Of a DNA stretch of 64,000 nucleotides, positions 50,953 through 61,505 are shown piece after piece; within the stretch, counting starts at the first letter, position 1; the number at the start of each line of letters is the position of its first letter. Made by a program: the position numbers and the translations under genes. Origin of the DNA: Octopus vulgaris (Eukaryota); contig OX597818.1 of NCBI GenBank assembly GCA_951406725.2, forward strand, positions 29,140,001 through 29,204,000. Direction: 5' to 3'. The notes beneath the pieces are model-generated. The model saw nothing but the letters and a program-made list of their open reading frames with translations, ran no database searches and was not told where the DNA came from.

Positions 50953-53900
50953 ATGGCTAAGCTGGGCTGTATAAATGTACGTGGAATGGGGTCGAAACGG
51001 AAACAAATTTGTTTCCTGAACGACCTCACGACACACAGTGTAGATATTGCTATTGCAACCGAGTCCAAGATGAGCGAGACCCAAGCGTTCTCGCCTCTTC
51101 TAAATGGTTTCGAGAAATTTATTTCTCCTAGCCGAGGAAGAGGCAGAGGCGTGGCAGTCTTCATCAGGAAGAGCTTGGACTTGCAGGTAAGTACTGTCTT
51201 TCTGGACCCAGAAGGCAGGCTGGTTGTCCTGGATGTGACTCACGTAAGTAAACAGTCCTTCAGGTTGGTAGCTGTCTACGCCCCGAACGAGGGTAGACAG
51301 ACGGGTTTTTTCCGGAACCTGGAGCCCTTTTTAGCGACGTCGAAAACAGTAATCCTAGTAGGGGACTTTAACACTGTCCTTGAAGCGCACATCGACAGTG
51401 TTGGCTCAACCAATAGGAAGGGGAACCCTAGCCTCAAGGGTCTACTAGAGAGCTTTGATCTAGTGGACCGTTACCGACTGGATGAGCCGAGCGTTCCACA
51501 GTGGACGTGGAGTAACAACGACGGCTCACACAGATCGTATCTAGATAGGATATTTATTAAGAAAAGAGATAAGGATACGTTTAGTTGTCCACAATTTCAT
51601 ATTGTACCTTACTCGGATCACAAATTTGTGACGTGTGAGGTGCAATTAGACAAGTGTCATAGACAGGGACCCGGGTACTGGAAGCTGAACAAGGCTATTT
51701 TGAATTGTGAAGACTTCCGTACCCGGATTAAGGTGTTAGTTCAGAGGGCATTGTGTGGCACCATCATTAACAATAGATGGTGGCACGCCCTCAAAAGAGC
51801 CATTCGTTTAGAGTCCGTCAGATTTAGCAATCAGCTAAGGATAGATAGGGCTAGTCTAGAGGGCGATTTAGTCAAGAATCTAGACGAGGCAATGGAAGCT
51901 GGCTCTGCATCCGGAGTGTTGGCGGCAAGGACGGTATTGTACCGTCACCTTAACTCCAAGTACGAAGGTTGCAGAGTCAGAGCTAAGCTGCGTGCTGGGA
52001 AACGAGAAGGTATTAACGTGGCCGGATGGGCCCGTCGTGTGGAGAGTAAGAGAGGCAATAGAGCCTCAATTAAATCTTTGACTGACGAACAGGGACAAAA
52101 GATCTATGGACAGGAGGAGATGCAAAAGTTTCTTCACCAGCATTTCGCTCGCGTGTTCGGGGGTGGTGGTTCGCTGGATCGGGGGAGGGCCTTAAAGGAC
52201 TTCCTGGCCGGCGGACCGCGGCTCGCGGGGCGTGAAGTGGAGTGCTGTGAGGGAGCGATCACTCCCGCGGAGATAAAGGAGATACTGGCCGGATGCGCCG
52301 GGGAGAAGTCGCCGGGGTTGGATGGTCTGCCCTATGAGTTTTACCAAAGTATGCCGGACTTGTTCGGGGGAATACTGGCAGGCGTCTACACGAACTGGCA
52401 GCAGAATGGGAGAATCCCCAGTTCTGTAAGCCGGGGAGTGGTGACGCTAATCCAGAAAGACCCGAGCAAGGGGGATAATATTAGTAACTACAGGCCCATA
52501 ACTCTACTTAATGTAGAGTTAAAGATTCTGGCCAAGGTGTTAGCAAAAAGGTTGACGGTTGTCGTGGAGAAACTTGTAGGGAGAGCACAGACATGTGCAA
52601 TTCCAGGCAGGTCGATCCAGGACAATCTTCACCTTATACGCTACACCTTAGATAGGGTGGGTAAATTAGCCGGCAAAGGTGGGGTAATGGTCCATTTAGA
52701 CCAAAGTAAAGCCTTCGATAGGGTAGACCATGGGTACCTGGCGACGGTCCTCGAAGCGACTGGGCTGGGCCCTGAATTTCGCGGGTGGATCTCCGCTATG
52801 TATAGCGGCATCAAGTCCACCGTCCAGATAAACGGTTACCTAACGGAACCGTTTTCGATCAAGTGTTCAGTGCGTCAGGGGTGCCCCTTGTCACCACTTT
52901 TGTACGTATTGGCTCTTGAGCCACTGCTGCGAAAGTTGGAGAGGCTGGGGAGTAACTCGGATGAAATCGGAGGTGGGAGGACGGTGACTGCTTACGCGGA
53001 TGACGTCACCCTCATCGTGTCCAAAGAGGCCCAACTACCTTGTGTGGAGGAGGTTATCAGAGGATACGAGGCGGTGGCAGGAGCAAAGGTTAACAAGGAC
53101 AAATCGGTTGGCTTGCGCCTCGGCACCTGGAGGAGCAAGCCGATATCGTCCAGTGTCGTGGGACACTGGACGGATGGCCCTGTTAAGTTGCTGGGAGTTT
53201 GGTTTGGACCAGACTCCCAAACGGAGAAGAACTGGAGCGAGGTGACGAGCAGGGTGGAGGCCATAGTACGGACCTGGTCCGGAAGGTCTCTGTCCCTGAA
53301 AGGAAGGGCGGAGGTGGTGCAGATGTTTATTGCATCTGTAATCACCTACCGCCTGACCGTTGTCCCTTGCCCCGATTCATGGCTTAACAAGTTGGAACGA
53401 ATCCTTTTCCGCTTTTTGTGGAAAGGAGGAAAGCCACTTGTGAGACGATCCGTTTGCTGCCAAGAACCGTTAAAGGGCGGGTTAGGGATGCCTTGGTTGA
53501 TGATGCGCAGACATGCGTTGAGGCTAAGGCACCTCTGGCACCACCTGGAGGGTGATAAGGTGTGGAGTCCGCTGGCAGAGGGATTTTTCCCGAGACCGGC
53601 CTCCTTAGTTAATTTTAAACCCGGTTACATCAAAAGATGGAAACTGACTCCATGGCAAAAAGAGTGCCGACAGGCACTCACGCTGATCCACAAGACGGGT
53701 AAGGCCGGCTGCGGAAATACCACCTCGGTATTTTATAGAGGGCTGGTGGAGGTAAAAAATGACGACGTCCTAGGAGGGGCTCTGGGGTTTGATGAAGACC
53801 AGCTCGCCAACCTGTTTAAAAAACTTTCAGGTCGGGGTATTTGGATAATTTCCAAAGATCCCTGGCCTGGCAGTGCTACAGGAATGCTTTACCTGTTCGC

Positions 53901-54341
53901 GAGAAGTTATCGCGGCACGGAGTTCAAGTGCCACCGACGTGTCCAAGGTGCGGGTTGGACGATGAAACCGTCCAGCACGCCTTTGTTCACTGTCGGAAGT
54001 TGTCCGACTTGATAAGTTACGCAGAACACGTGTTGTCCCATCTGGGACGAGTACAGCTGTCGGCTGAGTCTATGATTAAGATGATACCGCCAACTGGACT
54101 CTCGAAGGAAGGTGAGGCATGTTTCCACTGCACGGTGGCAGTGGTAAAGGAATGCATGTGGAGAACGAGAATGGAAGGAGCCGCGATAGGGTCCTTCATC
54201 TCCGGACCCGGCTTGCTCACTTACTTCAGATATCATCTGAAGAGCAAAATGGGGCTGGAGAGGAGGACACTGCCGCGGGGTGTGTACGAGAAAAGATGGA
54301 AGGAAGTAGAAAGAAAGGTGGGTGTGAGAAACCCAGCTTGA
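50953..54341 (+). pseudogene. Unit 3 ORF2 (frameshift near C-terminus)
   Basis: Frame ends at 54012; the true C-terminus is in the 53841-54341 frame. Confidence 0.85.
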
Positions 54342-54775
54342 TCATGGAGGAGAGAGAGGAAGTGGAAGCTGCAGGGCCTCACAAATTGCCGGGGTGTAAA
54401 AACGCCAGTGAGACGACAAGGTTACCTACTGTTGTTTGCTATACTAGTTAAGCAAAGGTTAATATTTTTATAACGAATTTAAACAATTTTTAAACGATTC
54501 TCTTAAATGTTTTTGTATGTATGTCCTGTATTTGTAATTCTGTGTACCGATTTTTATAATCGTAATAAAGAAATATCTACTGAGTACCGCTTCTGTTAAT
54601 TGCGTTATTTTTCTGTTTGCGTTGTGAGAAAATTGCTGCTCCCATTTAAGAGAGTCGAAGTTGTGAATTTATTGTTTGTACCAACTGCTTTGAACAGTGC
54701 CCGTTGTGAAACGGTGATTTTCGCCCTACGGGGCAGAAAATTTTGTATTATTTGAAATTTGCTACCTTTGAGGTG

Positions 54776-56200
54776 ATGGAGTTCGACTTAACGTCGAAGG
54801 ACGATTTTCCCGTGATGGGAAAAGGTGAAACCATGGAAAACCCAGTAACCAAACAGTCATTCTCGGCCGCGGTGGGCGGCGCTATGATAGAGGTCGAATT
54901 CAAGATCGAACAGCTGTATGAATACAGGAATCTTGTAAAGGTGGAAGGAGGAGAGATAAGGCTGGTACCGCCGCAAGCGAAAGTGCAAGAAATCAAGGAA
55001 AGGATTGTAACTTATAAAGTGTATAGCTTTAAGGAAAAAAAGATTATGGACGCGAAAAACGAAATTGTTGAGAAGTGCCTGTCCCCGGTGTGGGACAGAA
55101 TTCGTCACATCGCGAGAGGCGCACGTAGTGCTACGGTAGAGGTGCACTTCGACACGGCAGAAGTGGCGAAGGAGGTGTCGTCGTTAACCTTAAAAAGCGA
55201 CGACATCATGTTGTTACCCTCGTATATGGGGAAACGAACTGCAAAGTTAGTGGTAGATGACATACCCAGAGGGTACGACATCATGTGGGTGGCAGCGGCG
55301 GTACTACACAACATGGAGCGGGAAATTTCAATTCTGCAAATGAGAAGGAAGGAAGTGGTACGCTGGAAGGGTCAGACCTTGGAACTCCTCGTACAGGCAG
55401 AGAACAAGATCTTGGAGAGCCTGCCTGACAGAATTTTTAATGAGGACGGCACGTCCATGAGAGTGTCGGTGGAGGGACGTAGACCCAGATGCTTCAAGTG
55501 TGGAGAGAAGGGTCACGTCCGGTCCAACTGCATTAAGAAAAAAAGAACAGAAGAAACGCCTCCTCAAAGTGTACCTGTCACTGAAGGGGAGGAAACAAGC
55601 AAGAACAACCAAATGAAGAAGACAAGTACGGAAACGAAAACGGATTCAAAAGAACCAATGGACTACACACAAGTCACACACAAAAGAAAAAAAGAGAACA
55701 CCCAGGACTCCCCTCCCCAAACAAGGAAAAAAACAACAAACACAGCAGACACACACATTAAACAAATCCCCCAACCCTACCCCCATGGCACTGTTTTCAT
55801 TGGAAAACAGTTTGCCAAACCCCTCCCCATAAAACAAGACATCAAAAAGTGCATATCGAAAAACGAAAGAATTATAGCCTTTGATGAAAAAAATGAAAAA
55901 GTTTACAAATGCTGCAAACTCGCGAGATTTCCACTGTATAGTAGAACCTCAGATGGGAAGGCGACCGCTCGTTTCGCGAAGGTAGGGGAGAACGAGTGGA
56001 AGGAGGAGGTTCTTCAGGAACACCTGAGGAACCGTCTTATTAGAGATGTAACCAAGGAGGTAATGGAGGGTAAACTGGCAATAACTCCGGCAACCACACC
56101 CACCCAGAGCCCAGTGGCAACGCCGGTCAAGAACCCTGCAGCAACGGAAGAAAGGGAAGCAGGCAGATTGAAACTGTCATGCTCCCTCTCGCAACCGTGA
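54776..56200 (+). CDS. ORF1 zinc-knuckle protein
   Basis: Same protein as unit 3 ORF1. Confidence 0.9.
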   Translation: MEFDLTSKDDFPVMGKGETMENPVTKQSFSAAVGGAMIEVEFKIEQLYEYRNLVKVEGGEIRLVPPQAKVQEIKERIVTYKVYSFKEKKIMDAKNEIVEKCLSPVWDRIRHIARGARSATVEVHFDTAEVAKEVSSLTLKSDDIMLLPSYMGKRTAKLVVDDIPRGYDIMWVAAAVLHNMEREISILQMRRKEVVRWKGQTLELLVQAENKILESLPDRIFNEDGTSMRVSVEGRRPRCFKCGEKGHVRSNCIKKKRTEETPPQSVPVTEGEETSKNNQMKKTSTETKTDSKEPMDYTQVTHKRKKENTQDSPPQTRKKTTNTADTHIKQIPQPYPHGTVFIGKQFAKPLPIKQDIKKCISKNERIIAFDEKNEKVYKCCKLARFPLYSRTSDGKATARFAKVGENEWKEEVLQEHLRNRLIRDVTKEVMEGKLAITPATTPTQSPVATPVKNPAATEEREAGRLKLSCSLSQP

Positions 56201-56228
56201 GTATATACATTTCCTTCTCTCACCCACA

Positions 56229-59200
56229 ATGGCTAAGCTGGGCTGTATAAATGTACGTGGAATGGGGTCGAAACGGAAACAAATTTGTTTCCTGGACGAC
56301 CTCACGACACACGATATAGATATTGCTGTTGCAACCGAGTCCAAGATGAGCGAGACCCAAGCGTTCTCGCCTCTTCTAAATGGTTTCGAGAAATTTATTT
56401 CTCCTAGCCGAGGAAGAGGCAGAGGCGTGGCAGTCTTCATCAGGAAGAGCTTGGACGTGCAGGTAAGTACTGTCTTTCTGGACCCAGAAGGTAGGCTGGT
56501 TGTCCTGGATGTGACTCACGCAAGTAAACAGTCCTTCAGGTTGGGAGCTGTCTACGCCCCGAACGAGGGTAGACAGACGGGTTTCTTTCGGAACCTGGAG
56601 CCCTTTCTAGCGACGTCAAAAACAGTAATCCTAGTAGGGGACTTTAACACTGTCCTTGAAGCGCACATCGACAATGTTGGCTCAACCAATAGGAAGGGGA
56701 ACCCTAGCCTCAAGGGCCTACTAGAGAGCTTTGATCTAGTGGACCGTTACCGACTGGATGAGCCGAGCGTTCCACAGTGGACGTGGAGTAACAACGACGG
56801 CTCACACAGATCGTACCTAGATAGGATAATTATTAAGAAAAGAGATAAGGATACGTTTAGTTGTCCACAATTTCATATTGTACCTTACTCGGATCACAAG
56901 TTTGTGACGTGTGAGGTGCAATTAGACAAGTGTCATAGACAGGGACCCGGGTACTGGAAGCTGAACAAGGCTATTTTGAATTGTGAAGACTTCCGTTCCC
57001 GGATTAAGGTGTTAGTTCAGAGGGCATTGTGTGGCACCATCACTAATAATAGATGGTGGCACGCCCTCAAAAGAGCCATTCGTTTAGAGTCCGTCAGATT
57101 TAGCAATCAGCTAAGGATAGATAGGGCTAGTCTAGAGGGTGATTTAGTTAAGAATCTAGACGAGGCAATGGAAGCTGGCTCTGCATCCGGAGTGTTGGCG
57201 GCAAGGACGGTATTGTACCGTCACCTTAACTCCAAACACGAAGGTTGCAGAGTCAGAGCTAAGCTGCGCGCTGGAAAACGAGAAGGTATTAACGTGGCCG
57301 GATGGGCCCGTCGTGTGGAGAGTAAGAGAGGCAATAGAGCCTCAATTAAATCTTTGACTGACGAACAGGGACAAAAGATCTATGGACAGGAGGAGATGCA
57401 AAAGTTCCTTCACCAGCACTTCGCTCGCGTGTTCGGGGGTGGCGGTTCGCTGGATCGGGGGAGGGCCTTAAAGGACTTCCTGGCCGGCGGACCGCGGCTT
57501 GCGGGGCGTGAAGTGGAGTGCTGTGAAGGAGCGATCACTCCCGCGGAGATAAAGGAGATTCTGGCCGGATGCGCCGGGGAGAAGTCGCCGGGGTTGGATG
57601 GTCTGCCCTACGAGTTTTACCAAAGTATGCCGGACTTGTTCGGGGAGATACTGGCAGGCGTCTACACGAACTGGCAGCAGAATGGGAGAATCCCCAGCTC
57701 TGTAAGCCGGGGAGTGGTGACGCTAATCCGGAAAGACCCGAGCAAGGGGGATAATATTAGTAACTACAGGCCCATAACTCTACTTAATGTAGAGTTAAAG
57801 ATTTTGGCCAAGGTGTTAGCAAAAAGGTTGACGGTTGTCGTGGAGAAACTTGTAGGGAGAGCACAGACATGTGCAATTCCAGGCAGGTCGATCCAGGACA
57901 ATCTTCACCTTATACGCTACACCTTAGATAGGGTGGGTAAATTAGCCGGCAAAGGTGGGGTAATGGTCCATTTAGACCAAAGTAAAGCCTTCGATAGGGT
58001 AGACCACGGGTACCTGGCGACGGTCCTCGAAGCGACTGGGCTGGGCCCTGAATTTCGCGGGTGGATCTCCGCTATGTATAGCGGCATCAAGTCCACCGTC
58101 CAGATAAACGGTTACCTAACGGAACCGTTTTCGATCAAGTGTTCAGTGCGTCAGGGGTGCCCCTTGTCACCACTTTTGTATGTATTGGCTCTTGAGCCAC
58201 TGCTGCGAAGGTTGGAAAGGCTGGGGAGTAACTCGGATGAAATCGGAGGCGGGAGGACGGTGACTGCTTACGCGGATGACGTCACCCTCATCGTGTCCAA
58301 AGAGGCCCAACTACCTTGTGTGGAGGAGGTTATCAGAGGATACGAGGCGGTGGCAGGAGCAAAGGTTAACAAGGACAAATCGGTTGGCTTGCGCCTCGGC
58401 ACCTGGAGGAGCAAGCCGATATCGTCCAGTGTCGTGGGACACTGGACGGATGGCCCTGTTAAGTTGCTGGGAGTTTGGTTTGGACCAGACTCCCAAACGG
58501 AGAAGAACTGGAGCGAGGTGACGAGCAGGGTGGAGGCCATAGTACGGACCTGGTCCGGAAGGTCTCTGTCCCTGAAAGGAAGGGCGGAGGTGGTGCAGAT
58601 GTTTATTGCATCTGTAATCACCTACCGCCTGACCGTTGTCCCTTGCCCCGATTCATGGCTTAACAAGTTGGAACGAATCCTTTTCCGCTTTTTGTGGAAA
58701 GGAGGAAAGCCACTTGTGAGACGATCCGTTTGCTGCCAAGAACCGTTAAAGGGCGGGTTAGGGATGCCTTGGTTGATGATGCGCAGACATGCGTTGAGGC
58801 TAAGGCACCTCTGGCACCACCTGGAGGGTGATAAGGTGTGGAGTCCGCTGGCAGAGGGATTTTTCCCGAGACCGGCCTCCTTAGTTAATTTTAAACCCGG
58901 TTACATCAAAAGATGGAAACTGACTCCATGGCAAAAAGAGTGCCGACAGGCACTCACGCTGATCCACAAGACGGGTAAGGCCGGCTGCGGAAATACCACC
59001 TCGGTATTTTATAGAGGGCTGGTGGAGGTAAAAAATGACGACGTCCTAGGAGGGGCTCTGGGGTTTGATGAAGACCAGCTCGCCAACCTGTTTAAAAAAA
59101 CTTTCAGGTCGGGGTATTTGGATAATTTCCAAAGATCCCTGGCCTGGCAGTGCTACAGGAATGCTTTACCTGTTCGCGAGAAGTTATCGCGGCACGGAGT

Positions 59201-59618
59201 TCAAGTGCCACCGACGTGTCCAAGGTGCGGGTTGGACGATGAAACCGTCCAGCACGCCTTTGTTCACTGTCGGAAGTTGTCCGACTTGATAAGTTACGCA
59301 GAACACGTGTTGTCCCATCTGGGACGAGTACAGCTGTCGGCTGAGTCTATGATTAAGATGATACCGCCAACTGGACTCTCGAAGGAAGGTGAGGCATGTT
59401 TCCACTGCACGGTGGCAGTGGTAAAGGAATGCATGTGGAGAACGAGAATGGAAGGAGCCGCGATAGGGTCCTTCATCTCCGGACCCGGCTTGCTCACTTA
59501 CTTCAGATATCATCTGAAGAGCAAAATGGGGCTGGAGAAGAGGACCCTGCCGCGGGGTGTGTACGAGAAAAGATGGAAGGAAGTAGAAAGAAAGGTGGGT
59601 GTGAGAAACCCAGCTTGA
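56229..59618 (+). CDS. ORF2 EN-RT-zinc finger, variant allele (1129 aa)
   Basis: All motifs present; about 15 aa differ from the consensus of the other units. Confidence 0.96.
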   Translation: MAKLGCINVRGMGSKRKQICFLDDLTTHDIDIAVATESKMSETQAFSPLLNGFEKFISPSRGRGRGVAVFIRKSLDVQVSTVFLDPEGRLVVLDVTHASKQSFRLGAVYAPNEGRQTGFFRNLEPFLATSKTVILVGDFNTVLEAHIDNVGSTNRKGNPSLKGLLESFDLVDRYRLDEPSVPQWTWSNNDGSHRSYLDRIIIKKRDKDTFSCPQFHIVPYSDHKFVTCEVQLDKCHRQGPGYWKLNKAILNCEDFRSRIKVLVQRALCGTITNNRWWHALKRAIRLESVRFSNQLRIDRASLEGDLVKNLDEAMEAGSASGVLAARTVLYRHLNSKHEGCRVRAKLRAGKREGINVAGWARRVESKRGNRASIKSLTDEQGQKIYGQEEMQKFLHQHFARVFGGGGSLDRGRALKDFLAGGPRLAGREVECCEGAITPAEIKEILAGCAGEKSPGLDGLPYEFYQSMPDLFGEILAGVYTNWQQNGRIPSSVSRGVVTLIRKDPSKGDNISNYRPITLLNVELKILAKVLAKRLTVVVEKLVGRAQTCAIPGRSIQDNLHLIRYTLDRVGKLAGKGGVMVHLDQSKAFDRVDHGYLATVLEATGLGPEFRGWISAMYSGIKSTVQINGYLTEPFSIKCSVRQGCPLSPLLYVLALEPLLRRLERLGSNSDEIGGGRTVTAYADDVTLIVSKEAQLPCVEEVIRGYEAVAGAKVNKDKSVGLRLGTWRSKPISSSVVGHWTDGPVKLLGVWFGPDSQTEKNWSEVTSRVEAIVRTWSGRSLSLKGRAEVVQMFIASVITYRLTVVPCPDSWLNKLERILFRFLWKGGKPLVRRSVCCQEPLKGGLGMPWLMMRRHALRLRHLWHHLEGDKVWSPLAEGFFPRPASLVNFKPGYIKRWKLTPWQKECRQALTLIHKTGKAGCGNTTSVFYRGLVEVKNDDVLGGALGFDEDQLANLFKKTFRSGYLDNFQRSLAWQCYRNALPVREKLSRHGVQVPPTCPRCGLDDETVQHAFVHCRKLSDLISYAEHVLSHLGRVQLSAESMIKMIPPTGLSKEGEACFHCTVAVVKECMWRTRMEGAAIGSFISGPGLLTYFRYHLKSKMGLEKRTLPRGVYEKRWKEVERKVGVRNPA

Positions 59619-60052
59619 TCATGGAGGAGAGAGAGGAAGTGGAAGCTGCAGGGCCTCACAAATTGCCGGGGTGTAAAAACGCCAGTGAGACGACAAGGTT
59701 ACCTACTGTTGTTTGCTATACTAGTTAAGCAAAGGTTAATATTTTTATAACGAATTTAAACAATTTTTAAACGATTCTCTTAAATGTTTTTGTATGTATG
59801 TCCTGTATTTGTAATTCTGTGTACCGATTTTTATAATCGTAATAAAGAAATATCTACTGAGTACCGCTTCTGTTAATTGCGTTATTTTTCTGTTTGCGTT
59901 GTGAGAAAATTGCTGCCTCCATTTAAGAGAGTCGAAGTTGTGAATTTATTGTTTGTACCAACTGCTTTGAACAGTGCCCGTTGTGAAACGGTGATTTTCG
60001 CCCTACGGGGCAGAAAATTTTGTATTATTTGAAATTTGCTACCTTTGAGGTG

Positions 60053-61477
60053 ATGGAGTTCGACTTAACGTCGAAGGACGATTTTCCCGTGATGGGAAAA
60101 GGTGAAACCATGGAAAACCCAGTAACCAAACAGTCATTCTCGGCCGCGGTGGGCGGCGCTATGATAGAGGTCGAATTCAAGATCGAACAGCTGTATGAAT
60201 ACAGGAATCTTGTAAAGGTGGAAGGAGGAGAGATAAGGCTGGTACCGCCGCAAGCGAAAGTGCAAGAAATCAAGGAAAGGATTGTAACTTATAAAGTGTA
60301 TAGCTTTAAGGAAAAAAAGATTATGGACGCGAAAAACGAAATTGTTGAGAAGTGCCTGTCCCCGGTGTGGGACAGAATTCGTCACATCGCGAGAGGCGCA
60401 CGTAGTGCTACGGTAGAGGTGCACTTCGACACGGCAGAAGTGGCGAAGGAGGTGTCGTCGTTAACCTTAAAAAGCGACGACATCATGTTGTTACCCTCGT
60501 ATATGGGGAAACGAACTGCAAAGTTAGTGGTAGATGACATACCCAGAGGGTACGACATCATGTGGGTGGCAGCGGCGGTACTACACAACATGGAGCGGGA
60601 AATTTCAATTCTGCAAATGAGAAGGAAGGAAGTGGTACGCTGGAAGGGTCAGACCTTGGAACTCCTCGTACAGGCAGAGAACAAGATCTTGGAGAGCCTG
60701 CCTGACAGAATTTTTAATGAGGACGGCACGTCCATGAGAGTGTCGGTGGAGGGACGTAGACCCAGATGCTTCAAGTGTGGAGAGAAGGGTCACGTCCGGT
60801 CCAACTGCATTAAGAAAAAAAGAACAGAAGAAACGCCTCCTCAAAGTGTACCTGTCACTGAAGGGGAGGAAACAAGCAAGAACAACCAAATGAAGAAGAC
60901 AAGTACGGAAACGAAAACGGATTCAAAAGAACCAATGGACTACACACAAGTCACACACAAAAGAAAAAAAGAGAACACCCAGGACTCCCCTCCCCAAACA
61001 AGGAAAAAAACAACAAACACAGCAGACACACACATTAAACAAATCCCCCAACCCTACCCCCATGGCACTGTTTTCATTGGAAAACAGTTTGCCAAACCCC
61101 TCCCCATAAAACAAGACATCAAAAAGTGCATATCGAAAAACGAAAGAATTATAGCCTTTGATGAAAAAAATGAAAAAGTTTACAAATGCTGCAAACTCGC
61201 GAGATTTCCACTGTATAGTAGAACCTCAGATGGGAAGGCGACCGCTCGTTTCGCGAAGGTAGGGGAGAACGAGTGGAAGGAGGAGGTTCTTCAGGAACAC
61301 CTGAGGAACCGTCTTATTAGAGATGTAACCAAGGAGGTAATGGAGGGTAAACTGGCAATAACCCCGGCAACCACACCCACCCAGAGCCCAGTGGCAACGC
61401 CGGTCAAGAACCCTGCAGCAACGGAAGAAAGGGAAGCAGGCAGATTGAAACTGTCATGCTCCCTCTCGCAACCGTGA
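60053..61477 (+). CDS. ORF1 zinc-knuckle protein
   Basis: Same protein as units 3 and 4. Confidence 0.9.
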   Translation: MEFDLTSKDDFPVMGKGETMENPVTKQSFSAAVGGAMIEVEFKIEQLYEYRNLVKVEGGEIRLVPPQAKVQEIKERIVTYKVYSFKEKKIMDAKNEIVEKCLSPVWDRIRHIARGARSATVEVHFDTAEVAKEVSSLTLKSDDIMLLPSYMGKRTAKLVVDDIPRGYDIMWVAAAVLHNMEREISILQMRRKEVVRWKGQTLELLVQAENKILESLPDRIFNEDGTSMRVSVEGRRPRCFKCGEKGHVRSNCIKKKRTEETPPQSVPVTEGEETSKNNQMKKTSTETKTDSKEPMDYTQVTHKRKKENTQDSPPQTRKKTTNTADTHIKQIPQPYPHGTVFIGKQFAKPLPIKQDIKKCISKNERIIAFDEKNEKVYKCCKLARFPLYSRTSDGKATARFAKVGENEWKEEVLQEHLRNRLIRDVTKEVMEGKLAITPATTPTQSPVATPVKNPAATEEREAGRLKLSCSLSQP

Positions 61478-61505
61478 GTATATACATTTCCTTCTCTCAC
61501 CCACA

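Larger units (their letters stand above)
49301..54576 (+). mobile_element. Unit 3: ORF1 intact, ORF2 frameshifted before the zinc finger
   Basis: A6 instead of A7 at 53818-53823. Confidence 0.93.
54577..59853 (+). mobile_element. Unit 4: both ORFs intact (5277 bp), potentially active
   Basis: Open ORF1 and 1129-aa ORF2 with catalytic motifs retained. Confidence 0.95.
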
